DNA from: Eledone cirrhosa | Lineage: Eukaryota | Assembly (NCBI GenBank): GCA_964016885.1 | Contig: OZ024754.1 | Location: 27,776,001-27,840,000, forward strand | Direction of reading: 5' to 3' | DNA length: 64,000 bases | Shown here: in pieces, positions 1 through 11,487 of the stretch | How the letters are laid out: the number at the start of each line of letters is the position of its first letter | Position numbering within the stretch: position 1 is the stretch's first letter | Notes under the pieces: model-generated | Told to the model about the DNA's origin: nothing | Seen by the model: only the letters and a program-made list of their open reading frames with translations | The model's database searches: none | Made by a program: the position numbers and the translations under genes

Positions 1-266
1 GTTTTTGAATTTCAATATACTTAAGTGCATATACACAGAAAAGATTTTAATTAAAATATTCCAAGATATCTTTACTCAATTAAATATAATCTTTATCGAT
101 CACACACTTTAGCTACAATAATAATCAGTGTTTTTTTTATTTGTTCGTTTATTAAAGTTTATATTTTGTTATTGCTATTATTAAACATCATATGTATTTG
201 AATTCTTCAATTATTCTATGAACACGCAAGCACATAAAAATACATACATGAATGCAGTAATATATA

Positions 267-378
<112 letters not shown>

Positions 379-484
379 GTAGTTTGCTTGAAGCATTATA
401 TTGTAGAAAATAGTGTTTTATGAGAGCGAACGGGATATTAATGGTTAAGCATATAGTGATAACAAAATTTCATCTTGCAGATGC

Positions 485-945
485 TTAATATTCTTTATAT
501 TTCACGTTGAAATCCCTTCATCAGAAGAGAACATCTGTAAACTACTTTGTACTGCAAAATCTTGTGTCGCTTTTAAGCTGATATATTCTTTTTTTTTTTC
601 AAAATGTTAATTTTTCAACGCTATAATTGTTGAATGGATCTTGTGGCATATGTTCATGTTTTGCTCATATCTAATCTATGTTTGTATCTAATTTTGAAGT
701 GGAATGAAGTGTGCTATTAGGTCTGACTATGTTTGTCACTGGGTTTTGAATCTGGCTAATAGAATATATTCTTTGATTCTGAGATTGCCAGTATTCCCAT
801 CTCTGGCTTCGATAGTAAGTGTTATTGATTTATTTGCGTTTATCTATGTATCTCTTGAACTATGATGCATGTGTATTGGGATGTTCTTTAAAAGGTGTGT
901 GAAGTAATCGAATCGTACTTTGTCTATTTCTAGTCGTAATATTTG
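485..945 (-). mobile_element. Degenerate Penelope-like element 3' fragment with hammerhead-like motif
   Basis: Minus strand encodes ...LTIEARDGNTGNLRIKEYILLARFK..., resembling a GIY-YIG C-terminus. It is followed on the same strand by tctt-CTGATGA-...-GAAA-ta-TA-aaga at 528-492. Confidence 0.4.
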
Positions 946-2195
946 TACGTATATATATATATATGACTTTTTTTTTCGAAAATTATCCTACCCATTTTTG
1001 TTTTACAATCGTCTCACATTCCTCTAAGCAACAGAGCGGTTCTTCAATAAGTTGCACAAACTGGCATTTAAAGTGTAATATCACCTAAATGCTCGAAATT
1101 GCACACGAACAATGTGGCTGACACGTTAGCGATGCAGCTGTCTGTTCGTCTTATATAACTGTATTTTCTATATATTATTATTTAATCAATTAGATAATTA
1201 GTTAACTAATAAGTTAATTTTCAGGTTTCGTTTCTCCCAGACTGTAACCTTATTGAATATGTGTCTATGTGTGTGTGTGTATGTGTATAGTCTAGCTAGA
1301 CGAAAAAGAAAACGCTTCGAAATAAGCACACACAATACACGCCCCTGTGGTTATATTTAAACTTTAAACACATTTATTTACTACGACATATTCGTCCCTG
1401 TTTGTTCCACAATCGACAGCTACCAATTATCCCATTTTCTTGTTACATAATCCCATTTCATAATAACTGATTATATTTTCCAGAAGATAACTGTGCTCCA
1501 TTAAAGATAAATGAACGCATGAATATTCTTACAAAATCTGTTTCCTCCATTAACTTCTGAATTGCTGACATCATGGAAGTGTAAAAGTAAACACTAGTTT
1601 GCTGACATTTGTAAAAGATATTTCGTAAAAACATTATTGTTCTTGGTTTATTCACCTACTGTGTATATTAATTTAAAAGGCATCAGTTTAATCTTCGAAT
1701 ATAACTAATATATTTGATTGCATTTCATAGGAAGAATATTCTTAATGAAATATTGTAAAAATTATTTTGGATATCAATATTTTCAGGCGTTTATTTCAAG
1801 AGAGATATACAAATACAAATATTTTAATAATTGATATTTTTCCTGAGGCAGAACGCTTTACCGAATATACGATATGTTCTCACCTTCTATCTAAACAATA
1901 ACTTTGGCGAGTTACATCTATTAGACACCTGGACATGAAACAAACACCTCAGGACATGAGAAAATCAAAAACTTTCACCTAGCCTGAAGGAATCATTACT
2001 CCTAACATTTTTACAACAAATATTCTCACCTCCTATCTAGATAATGGTTTTGGCAGTTTCTTTCCATTATACACTGAAGAAGCAATGGGGATATTCCAAA
2101 CCTAAAAGCCTTAGGACGAAAAACACCTCAAAAACAATTAAAACTTCAAGGAATCAAGACACCATTGTTTATAAATACTGATACCAACACTGCCA

Positions 2196-2231
<36 letters not shown>

Positions 2232-2243
2232 GTTATTGTTATT
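2196..2243. repeat. (TAA)n tract: tail/target of Dong-like copy A1, left edge of the array
   Basis: (ATT)n with two GTT interruptions abutting the element 3' end. Confidence 0.95.
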
Positions 2244-5200
2244 CCTTGAATCTCAGTCATTGATGTTGGTTAACTGGAAAGTCCGTTGGATTGAATATCA
2301 AGCCACTACCTGCAGCCTCAGATATTCAGGACGTATCGGAGGGTTCTTGCTGTTCCAAGCAAGCATGCCTTTTGAAGCGTTCCAAAAAGCGTGAAGGGGC
2401 CGATTTTCTTTAACCATCCCTGGAAACCTTTGGAGGTAGTCCCCAGTGCGCCTATGACAATCGGGATCACTTTGACTTCATGGCAGTTCCAAATCCTTTT
2501 CACCTCCCACTTTAGGTCCTGGTATCGGTTAATTTTCTCCCTCTCCTTCTCTTGCACTCTCGTGTCGAACGGGCAGGCCACATCCACAATCAGGCACGAT
2601 CTTTTTTCTTTGTCCATAACCACCAGGTCAGGTCTATTGTGTTCCAGTTTTTTGTCCGTCTGTATCCTAAAATCCCACAGCACCTTCACCTGACTGTTCT
2701 CCATCACCGCCTCTGGCCTATGCTCATACCATTTCTCAGAATGTGGTAGATTGTTTACTTTGCACAGGTGCCAGTGGATCACCCTGCCCATCACATCGTG
2801 TCTCCAGCCCTTATAGTGGGTCTGGGCTAGGTGTTTACACTCGGACACAATGTGAGCCACAGTCTCCTCTCTCTCTCCACAGATCCTGCACAGTGGGCTA
2901 GCCTCCTCCTTGTAGATATGGTGCTTCAACCACTTCGTTTTGAGGGCCTGCTCCTGCGCAGCCATTAGCATTCCTTCTGTAGCCTTTTTGAGGTCTCCTC
3001 TTCTCAACCAGTTCCATGTCTGTGGATCTCTAAATTCAGTTTTCTCAAAGAAGGTACTATGAAGGGATTTTCCCTTAAGGCTGCTCTTCCTCCTTGATGT
3101 TATTTCCTCCTTGGACATCCCCTGGCCTACTGTCCCCTCCTTCAGTACAGTTCTGAGCATTGGCTCCTTACTATAGGTCACGTATTTGTATAGGTTGTTT
3201 TTCTCCATCTGAACACAGTCCTCTATGCTGATAAGACCTCTTCCACCCTCAGATCTCCTTAGGTAGAGTCTATCGACATCACTCCTCTTGTGGAACATGT
3301 TGTAGATAGTCAATAGCTTCCTAGTCTTCCTATCCATTTCTTTTTGTTCAGCAACATTCCATCTCAGAATTCCCGCACTGTACCTAATAATAGACACAGC
3401 TCGGGAATTTACTGCGCTTATGGCATTTCTGCTGTTCAGATGTGACTTCAATACGCTCCTTACTCTCCGAATGTATTCAGTTCTTAACAATTCCTTCATT
3501 TTTTTGTTCTTTATGCCATCAGCCTCCAGAACGCCCAAATACTTGTATCCTTCCTCAGAGTCAATTTCCTTTATCATCTCACCTGTTGGTATCTGGATCC
3601 CGTTACTTCTGCTCAACCTACCCCTCTTCATCACAATGACTCCACATTTACCAATACCAAACTGCATACATATATCACTGCTGAAAATACGGACAGTGTC
3701 AACAAGCACATCCAACTCCTTCTCACTTTTCCCGAAGAGCTTAAGATCGTCCATGAAGAGGAGGTGATTGATGGTAAGCTCTCCCCTTCCCAACTTGTAT
3801 CCTGCTCTCACTTTTCGCAGCATAATGGTCAAGGGCATCAGGGCAAGGACAAACAACAGAGGGGACAGGCTATCTCCCTGGAAGATACCTCTCTTGATCT
3901 TCACGCTTCCCAAGGATACTCCAGTTGATGTCAACTCTGTCTCCCAGGACCCCATACTCCTGCCCAGCAACTGTCTGATGTTATCTGCCACCCTGAAGAC
4001 CTCCAGGCTTTTGGTGATCCAGGAATGAGGCACCATGTCAAATGCCTTTCTGTAGTCTATCCATCCCATGGCAAGATCAGTGTGTCTCCTCCTGCAATTC
4101 CCCATTACCATCTTATCAATAAGCAACTGGTCCTTTGTACCACGTGACTTCTTTCGGTATCCTTTCTGTTCGTCCGGTAACAAGTTGTTTGTGTGGAGGT
4201 GATGGTAGATTTCCTCAGACACAATGCTCGTCAACAGTTTCCACATTACGGGCAGACATGTGATAGGTCTATAGTTGGTAACATCATTACCCTTGATTCG
4301 GTCTTTCATTATCAGAACTGTGGTACCTTTTGTCAACCACTCTGGCACCTCACCCGACACCAAGCAGTCATTGAACATGGCCGTCAGCTTCGGGTGGAGG
4401 GATGTTAAATGTCTAATCCAATACCCCTGCACACCATCTGGGCCTGGTGATTTCCAGTTGGTTAGTTTTTTGGCTTGCCCCTTAAGAGTTTCAACTGTGA
4501 TACTCAAATCAGTCTGTTGTTGTGCCTTCTCACCGATCTCCCTCTGTACTGTCTCAATCCACCCTGCCTGGGCATTGTGTCTAACATCCTGCTCCCATAT
4601 TCCTCTCCAGAATGTTTTAGCTTGTTCCGCCCCAGGGATCAAGTCGTTGCCTCTTTCTTTCCCCTCAAGCTGTCCAAACAGCATCTTCTGGTTGTTGTCG
4701 AACATGCGGTTCTGTTTATACTGACTGACTCTGTTCTCGTATCGCCTGATTTTGGCACTCTTTGCTACAATGCGTTGCTTCAATTCCTCTATGATAATAT
4801 TTAGCTTTTTACTCCTAGTTTTGTATTTTATTTCCAGTCTATTTTTAGTGCCTATGTTTTTTAGTGTCCCATTCAGTAGTGACTCAAGCTTTCCTATGTC
4901 ATTTCTCATTTCCCCGATTTGCCCACTCAGTCGCTTCTTCCACCACGGCTCTGCTCTTTCTTGTCTGTTGTTTCCTCTCGCTTTTATACCAAGTAGTTTC
5001 CTCACCGTATTTGCTGTTGCTTTGAGGATATTGTTGCACTGGTGAAGACTCCTCGCCTCAAGGTATGGGATGACTTTGTTTACCTTAGCTGTTGTTTCTT
5101 TTAACTTTTTCCTGTCTACAAATCTTAGGTTCATAGGTCTCCCACTATCATTGTTCAATTCATCTACCACTAGATTTAGGATGTCAACCGAATCTTGTCC

Positions 5201-6774
5201 TAGCCCGTCAGCATTCATCTCCTCAGTGGCCGTATCTCTGTTCCAGGTATTATTTATCTCAGTATTCAGATCATTGTCTGCTTCGGGTGGTTCCTCCGTT
5301 CTCAGGACCTCCTCACCTTCATTTCCCACCGGCTCGCTTGTCTGGCATACTACACCCGCCATCTCCAAGCCATTCTCTCTGCTCAGTTCCTCCAGTTCCA
5401 GCTCGCTTATCCACCCATTAGTTCTTATTACCCGAGCCTGCCCGGCCAATTTTTGTTCATCTAATTTAAATAAACCAATCTCGTTCCAGATGTTATGCAT
5501 CCGTCTCCTGTAGCCCCTCTCCTTGGGGTTACTTTTCAGGTAGCATTGCATAACAGTTCTATTCAATTCTTTCGTCCAGTTGGTTCTGGCCCCTTTCCTT
5601 CTTCTTCTTCCTCCAACATCAGCAGTATTTGGTTGACAGTCAGGTTCCTGCTGCTGAGCCAGGGGGCACCTGTTGGGTGAGAGTCTGTCACATGACGTTC
5701 TAGTCTCCATTTCACCGTTATTCGAACTGTTTATGTTCGATATTTAAACACTCTTATCGAGGATTGGCGAATGTATGTTTACATAGCCATCTGTGGATCC
5801 GCCATCCCACTTGGCCCTTGTGTGGCATTATCACCACGCTGTATACGAACACACATAAACAAACAAACACACGGGCAGAAAGGGCCCCAAAAATGAATAA
5901 GCATAAGTTTCATTGTAATGTAGTATTCGAATGTCTGACTTAGTTTTTGTTTTTTAAGTTTTACTTTTTCCTCCCTCTTCTCTGTCCGTCCGCCTGCTTC
6001 TCTCTTCATTCTTATTTTCTTTACGTTTTGGGGGTTTCTTTTTTTGTTTTTGTTTTTCTCTGTTTGTTTTTCTCGTTTTTTGCTGTTGTTGCTGTGCTGC
6101 TTTGGTTTTGTTGTTTGTTTTTTCTTTTTTCTTTTGAGTCTATCTATATATTTGTTAGTAGTAGAGATTCTATAATGTGGAAGTAGTAGCAGCCAGCAGG
6201 GAGAAGTGGGAGGCTGGCGGCGCTGGCGATACTGAGACAGTGGTGGTGGTGATGTCGATACCGAGGCAGTGGTGGCGGTGATGCGACCGTATTACTGTAG
6301 TGATGGTGCTGTAGCGGTGGCAGCAGCAGTGAAGGAGTCAAGGGGTGGTGGCGGCGGTGATGGGATAGTGGTGGTAATGATGGCCGTAGTGAGCGGTGGC
6401 GGTGAAGGTGAAAATGCTGTTGTGTTTAGTGTACACAGATGATGGGGTGGGTGGTGTATCTAGTTTCTGGTGTTGGTGAGTTTAGCTGTCCTATATAGTG
6501 TAGCCAGAGGAGAGGAGGGGGGGGGGTTCTTCTTCTTCCATTTATAGCCATTTTTTTGGGGGGGATATACAGTGTACAATACAAAGTTGAATATTTGAAT
6601 ATTTGAGCCTTATACCAATATATTTTGGGTCCGAATTTTTTGGGGCTCAAGCCGGGTGCTTTACGTAGCATTTGTACTAAGAGTTGTTATTTCACAAATG
6701 ATTTAAATATGTTAAAAATTCAAAACTTACGGGAGCGATTTCATGACCTCCGTCACCTCGTGCGTCTTCTTCCC
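2244..6774 (-). mobile_element. R4/Dong-clade non-LTR retrotransposon, family A, copy A1 (apparently full length)
   Basis: Single RT-RLE ORF, ~75 nt 3' UTR ending in (TAA)n, and ~1.06 kb 5' UTR starting GGGAAGA, the same start as copy A3. Confidence 0.93.
2318..5710 (-). CDS. Intact 1130-aa reverse transcriptase / restriction-like endonuclease protein (Dong/R4 type)
   Basis: N-terminal Myb-like segment (NWTKELN...HNIWNE...EQKLAGQARVI). RT motifs YRPITCL, WIDYRKAFD, GIFQGDSLSPLLF, HLLFMDD, YKYLG. CCHC knuckle CRIC-x8-H-x4-C, RHD, and PD..D..K nuclease (RPDLVV..IVDVACP..EKINRY). Confidence 0.96.
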   Translation of the reverse strand: METRTSCDRLSPNRCPLAQQQEPDCQPNTADVGGRRRRKGARTNWTKELNRTVMQCYLKSNPKERGYRRRMHNIWNEIGLFKLDEQKLAGQARVIRTNGWISELELEELSRENGLEMAGVVCQTSEPVGNEGEEVLRTEEPPEADNDLNTEINNTWNRDTATEEMNADGLGQDSVDILNLVVDELNNDSGRPMNLRFVDRKKLKETTAKVNKVIPYLEARSLHQCNNILKATANTVRKLLGIKARGNNRQERAEPWWKKRLSGQIGEMRNDIGKLESLLNGTLKNIGTKNRLEIKYKTRSKKLNIIIEELKQRIVAKSAKIRRYENRVSQYKQNRMFDNNQKMLFGQLEGKERGNDLIPGAEQAKTFWRGIWEQDVRHNAQAGWIETVQREIGEKAQQQTDLSITVETLKGQAKKLTNWKSPGPDGVQGYWIRHLTSLHPKLTAMFNDCLVSGEVPEWLTKGTTVLIMKDRIKGNDVTNYRPITCLPVMWKLLTSIVSEEIYHHLHTNNLLPDEQKGYRKKSRGTKDQLLIDKMVMGNCRRRHTDLAMGWIDYRKAFDMVPHSWITKSLEVFRVADNIRQLLGRSMGSWETELTSTGVSLGSVKIKRGIFQGDSLSPLLFVLALMPLTIMLRKVRAGYKLGRGELTINHLLFMDDLKLFGKSEKELDVLVDTVRIFSSDICMQFGIGKCGVIVMKRGRLSRSNGIQIPTGEMIKEIDSEEGYKYLGVLEADGIKNKKMKELLRTEYIRRVRSVLKSHLNSRNAISAVNSRAVSIIRYSAGILRWNVAEQKEMDRKTRKLLTIYNMFHKRSDVDRLYLRRSEGGRGLISIEDCVQMEKNNLYKYVTYSKEPMLRTVLKEGTVGQGMSKEEITSRRKSSLKGKSLHSTFFEKTEFRDPQTWNWLRRGDLKKATEGMLMAAQEQALKTKWLKHHIYKEEASPLCRICGEREETVAHIVSECKHLAQTHYKGWRHDVMGRVIHWHLCKVNNLPHSEKWYEHRPEAVMENSQVKVLWDFRIQTDKKLEHNRPDLVVMDKEKRSCLIVDVACPFDTRVQEKEREKINRYQDLKWEVKRIWNCHEVKVIPIVIGALGTTSKGFQGWLKKIGPFTLFGTLQKACLLGTARTLRYVLNI

Positions 6775-6880
6775 TTATTCTTATTATTATTATTGTTATT
6801 GTTATTCCTTGAATCTCAGTCATTGATGTTGGTTAACTGGAAAGTCCGTTGGATTGAATATCAAGCCACTACCTGCAGCC

Positions 6881-9800
6881 TCAGATATTCAGGACGTATC
6901 GGAGGGTTCTTGCCGTTCCAAGCAAGCATGCCTTTTGAAGCGTTCCAAAAAGCGTGAAGGGGCCGATTTTCTTTAACCATCCCTGGAAACCTTTGGAGAT
7001 AGTCCCCAGTGCGCCTATGACAATCGGGATCACTTTGACTTCATGGCAGTTCCAAATCCTTTTCACCTCCCACTTTAGGTCCTGGTATCGGTTAATTTTC
7101 TCCCTCTCCTTCTCTTGCACTCTCGTGTCGAACGGGCAGGCCACATCCACAATCAGGCACGATCTTTTTTCTTTGTCCACAACCACCAGGTCAGGTCTAT
7201 TGTGTTCCAGTTTTTTGTCCGTCTGTATCCTAAAATCCCACAGCACCTTCACCTGACTGTTCTCCATCACCGCCTCTGGCCTATGCTCATACCATTTCTC
7301 AGATTGTGGTAGATTGTTTACTTTGCACAGGTGCCAGTGGATCACCCTGCCCATCACATCGTGTCTCCAGCCCTTATAGTGGGTCTGGGCTAGGTGTTTA
7401 CACTCGGACACAATGTGAGCCACAGTCTCCTCTCTCTCTCCACAGATCCTGCACAGTGGGCTAGCCTCCTCCTTGTAGATATGGTGCTTCAACCACTTCG
7501 TTTTGAGGGCCTGCTCCTGCGCAGCCATTAGCATTCCTTCTGTAGCCTTTTTGAGGTCTCCTCTTCTCAACCAGTTCCATGTCTGTGGATCTCTAAATTC
7601 AGTTTTCTCAAAGAAGGTACTATGAAGGGATTTTCCCTTAAGGCTGCTCTTCCTCCTTGATGTTATTTCCTCCTTGGGTATCCCCTGGCCTACTGTCCCC
7701 TCCTTCAGTACAGCTCTGAGCATTGGCTCCTTACTATAGGTCACGTATTTGTATAGGTTGTTTTTCTCCATCTGAACACAGTCCTCTATGCTGATAAGAC
7801 CTCTTCCACCCTCAGATCTCCTTAGGTAGAGTCTATCGACATCACTCCTCTTGTGGAACATGTTGTAGATAGTCAATAGCTTCCTAGTCTTCCTATCCAT
7901 TTCTTTTTGTTCAGCAACATTCCATCTCAGAATTCCCGCACTGTACCTAATAATAGACACAGCTCGGGAATTTACTGCGCTTATGGCATTTCTGCTGTTC
8001 AGATGTGACTTCAATACGCTCCTTACTCTCCGAATGTATTCAGTTCTTAACAATTCCTTCATTTTTTTGTTCTTTATGCCATCAGCCTCCAGAACGCCCA
8101 AATACTTGTATCCTTCCTCAGAGTCAATTTCCTTTATCATCTCACCTGTTGGTATCTGGATCCCGTTACTTCTGCTCAACCTACCCCTCCTCATCACAAT
8201 GACTCCACATTTACCAATACCAAACTGCATACATATATCACTGCTGAAAATACGGACAGTGTCAACAAGCACATCCAACTCCTTCTCACTTTTCCCGAAG
8301 AGCTTAAGATCGTCCATGAAGAGGAGGTGATTGATGGTAAGCTCTCCCCTTCCCAACTTGTATCCTGCTCTCACTTTTCGCAGCATAATGGTCAAGGGCA
8401 TCAGGGCAAGGACAAACAACAGAGGGGACAGGCTATCTCCCTGGAAGATACCTCTCTTGATCTTCACGCTTCCCAAGGATACTCCAGTTGATGTCAACTC
8501 TGTCTCCCAGGACCCCATACTCCTGCCCAGCAACTGTCTGATGTTATCTGCCACCCTGAAGATCTCCAGGCTTTTGGTGATCCAGGAATGAGGCACCATG
8601 TCAAATGCCTTTCTGTAGTCTATCCATCCCATGGCAAGATCAGTGTGTCTCCTCCTGCAATTCCCCATTACCATCTTATCAATAAGCAACTGGTCCTTTG
8701 TACCACGTGACTTCTTTCGGCATCCTTTCTGTTCGTCCGGCAACAAGTTGTTTGTGTGGAGGTGATGGTAGATTTCCTCTGACACAATGCTCGTCAACAG
8801 TTTCCACATTACGGGCAGACATGTGATAGGTCTATAGTTGGTAACATCATTACCCTTGATTCGGTCTTTCATTATCAGAACTGTGGTACCTTTTGTCAAC
8901 CACTCTGGCACCTCACCCGACACCAAGCAGTCATTGAACATGGCCGTCAGCTTCGGGTGGAGGGATGTTAAATGTTTAATCCAATACCCTTGCACACCAT
9001 CTGGGCCTGGTGATTTCCAGTAGGTTAGTTTTTTGGCTTGCCCCTTAAGAGTTTCAACTGTGATACTCAAATCAGTCTGTTGCTGTGCCTGCTCACCGAT
9101 CTCCCTCTGTACTGTCTCAATCCACCCTGCCTGGGCATTGTGTCTAACATCCTGCTCCCATATTCCTCTCCAGAATGTTTTAGCTTGTTCCGCCCCAGGG
9201 ATCAAGTCGGTGCCTCTTTCTTTCCCCTCAAGCTGTCCAAACAGCATCTTCTGGTTGTTGTCGAACATGCGGTTCTGTTTATACTGACTGACTCTGTTCT
9301 CGTATCGCCTGATTTTGGCACTCTTTGCTACAATGCGTTGCTTCAATTCCTCTATGATAATATTTAGCTTTTTACTCCTAGTTTTGTATTTTATTTCCAG
9401 TCTATTTTTAGTGCCTATGTTTTTTAGTGTCCCATTCAGTAGTGACTCAAGCTTTCCTATGTCATTTCTCATTTCCCCGATTTGCCCACTCAGTCGCTTC
9501 TTCCACCACGGCTCTGCTCTTTCTTGTCTGTTGTTTCCTCTCGCTTTTATACCAAGTAGTTTCCTCACCGTATTTGCTGTTGCTTTGAGGATATTGTTGC
9601 ACTGGTGAAGACTCCTCGCCTCAAGGTATGGGATGACTTTGTTTACCTTAGCTGTTGTTTCTTTTAACTTTTTCCTGTCTACAAATCTTAGGTTCATAGG
9701 TCTCCCACTATCATTGTTCAACTCATCTACCACTAAATTTAGGATGTCAACCGAATCTTGTCCTAGCCCGTCAGCATTCATCTCCTCAGTGGCCGTATCT

Positions 9801-10273
9801 CTGTTCCAGGTATTATTTATCTCAGTATTCAGATCATTGTCTGCTTCGGGTGGTTCCTCCGCTCTCAGGACCTCCTCACCTTCATTTCCCGCCGGCTCGC
9901 TTGTCTGGCATACTACACCCGCCATCTCCAAGCCATTCTCTCTGCTCAGTTCCTCCAGTTCCAGCTCGCTTATCCACCCATTAGTTCTTATTACCCGAGC
10001 CTGCCCGGCCAATTTTTGTTCATCTAATTTAAATAAACCAATCTCGTTCCAGATGTTATGCATCCGTCTCCTGTAGCCCCTCTCCTTGGGGTTACTTTTC
10101 AGGTAGCATTGCATAACAGTTCTATTCAATTCTTTCGTCCAGTTGGTTCTGGCCCCTTTCCTTCTTCTTCTTCCTCCAACATCAGCAGTATTTCGTTGAC
10201 AGTCAGGTTCCTGCTGCTGAGCCAGGGGGCACCTGTTGGGTGAGAGTCTGTCACATGACGTTCTAGTCTCCAT
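6881..10273 (-). CDS. Intact 1130-aa RT-RLE protein, second copy
   Basis: Same motifs as A1, with about 16 amino-acid differences by eye, so a separate copy. Confidence 0.96.
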   Translation of the reverse strand: METRTSCDRLSPNRCPLAQQQEPDCQRNTADVGGRRRRKGARTNWTKELNRTVMQCYLKSNPKERGYRRRMHNIWNEIGLFKLDEQKLAGQARVIRTNGWISELELEELSRENGLEMAGVVCQTSEPAGNEGEEVLRAEEPPEADNDLNTEINNTWNRDTATEEMNADGLGQDSVDILNLVVDELNNDSGRPMNLRFVDRKKLKETTAKVNKVIPYLEARSLHQCNNILKATANTVRKLLGIKARGNNRQERAEPWWKKRLSGQIGEMRNDIGKLESLLNGTLKNIGTKNRLEIKYKTRSKKLNIIIEELKQRIVAKSAKIRRYENRVSQYKQNRMFDNNQKMLFGQLEGKERGTDLIPGAEQAKTFWRGIWEQDVRHNAQAGWIETVQREIGEQAQQQTDLSITVETLKGQAKKLTYWKSPGPDGVQGYWIKHLTSLHPKLTAMFNDCLVSGEVPEWLTKGTTVLIMKDRIKGNDVTNYRPITCLPVMWKLLTSIVSEEIYHHLHTNNLLPDEQKGCRKKSRGTKDQLLIDKMVMGNCRRRHTDLAMGWIDYRKAFDMVPHSWITKSLEIFRVADNIRQLLGRSMGSWETELTSTGVSLGSVKIKRGIFQGDSLSPLLFVLALMPLTIMLRKVRAGYKLGRGELTINHLLFMDDLKLFGKSEKELDVLVDTVRIFSSDICMQFGIGKCGVIVMRRGRLSRSNGIQIPTGEMIKEIDSEEGYKYLGVLEADGIKNKKMKELLRTEYIRRVRSVLKSHLNSRNAISAVNSRAVSIIRYSAGILRWNVAEQKEMDRKTRKLLTIYNMFHKRSDVDRLYLRRSEGGRGLISIEDCVQMEKNNLYKYVTYSKEPMLRAVLKEGTVGQGIPKEEITSRRKSSLKGKSLHSTFFEKTEFRDPQTWNWLRRGDLKKATEGMLMAAQEQALKTKWLKHHIYKEEASPLCRICGEREETVAHIVSECKHLAQTHYKGWRHDVMGRVIHWHLCKVNNLPQSEKWYEHRPEAVMENSQVKVLWDFRIQTDKKLEHNRPDLVVVDKEKRSCLIVDVACPFDTRVQEKEREKINRYQDLKWEVKRIWNCHEVKVIPIVIGALGTISKGFQGWLKKIGPFTLFGTLQKACLLGTARTLRYVLNI

Positions 10274-10842
10274 TTCACCGTTATTCGAACTGTTTATGTT
10301 CGATATTTAAACACTCTTATCGAGGATTGGCGAATGTATGTTTACATAGCCATCTGTGGATCCGCCATCCCACTTGGCCCTTGTGTGGCATTATCACCAC
10401 GCTGTATACGAACACACATAAACAAACAAACACACGGGCAGAAAGGGCCCCAAAAATGAATAAGCATAAGTTTCATTGTAATGTAGTATTCGAATGTCTG
10501 ACTTAGTTTTTGTTTTTTAAGTTTTACTTTTTCCCCCCTCTTCTCTGTCCGTCCGCCTGCTTCTCTCTTCATTCTTATTTTCTTTACGTTTTTGGGGTTT
10601 CTTTTTTTGTTTTTGTTTTTCTCTGTTTTTCTCGTTTTTTACTGTTGTTGCTGTGCTGCTTTTGTTGTTTGTTTTTTCTTTTTTCTTTTGAGTCTATCTA
10701 TATATTTTGATGCCTTCCTCTTTGTTAGTAGTAGGAATTCTATAATGTGGAAGTGGTAGCCAGCAGAGACTGGCGGCGTTGGCGATACTGAGACAGTGGT
10801 GGTGGTGATGTCGATACCGAGGCAGTGGTGGCGGTGATGCGA

Positions 10843-11487
10843 CCGTATTACTGTAGTGATGGTGCTGTAGCGGTGGCAGCAGCAGTGAAGGAGTCAGGGG
10901 GTGGTGGCGGCGGTGATGGGATAGTGGTGGTAATGATGGCCGTAGTAAGCGGTGGCGGTGAAGGTGAAAATGCTGTTGTGTTTAGTGTACACAGATGATG
11001 GGGTGGGTGGTGTATCTAGTTTCTGGTGTTGGTGAGTTTCGCTGTCCTATATAGTGTAGCCAGAGGAGAGGAGGGGGGGGGGGGGGTTTCTTCTTCTTCC
11101 ATTTATAGCCATTTTATTTTATTGGGGATATACAGTGTACAATACAAAGTTGAATATTTGAATATTTGAGCCGTATTACTGTAGTGATGGTGCTGTAGCG
11201 GTGGCAGCAGCAGTGAAGGAGTCAAGGGGTGGTGGCGGCGGTGATGGGATAGTGGTGGTAATGATGGCCGTAGTGAGCGGTGGCGGTGAAGGTGAAAATG
11301 CTGTTGTGTTTAGTGTACACAGATGATGGGGTGGGTGGTGTATCTAGTTTCTGGTGTTGGTGAGTTTAGCTGTCCTATATAGTGTAGCCAGAGGAGAGGA
11401 GGGGGGGGGTTCTTCTTCTTCCATTTATAGCCATTTTTTTTTGGATATACAGTGTACAATACAAAGTTGAATATTTGAATATTTGAG
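10843..11487. repeat. ~320-330 bp tandem duplication within the A2 5' UTR
   Basis: ccgtattactgtagtg...aatatttgag at 10843-11170 and again at 11171-11487; single copy in A1. Confidence 0.9.

Noticed and set aside
1458-1655. Possible host exon
   Set aside because: No recognisable motif and no convincing open frame bounded by splice sites.
1870-2140. Weak ~148 bp direct repeat left of the array
   Set aside because: Too degenerate to assign; no evidence linking it to the array.
5779-6009. 76-aa upstream ORF in A1, A2 and A5
   Set aside because: Not preserved in diverged A3, low complexity and no domain; not supportable as an ORF1.
2391-10243. Numerous plus-strand ORFs (60-150 aa) opposite the Dong ORFs, recurring in each copy
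   Set aside because: Antisense shadows of the RT frame; they recur only because the DNA is repeated and show no motifs.
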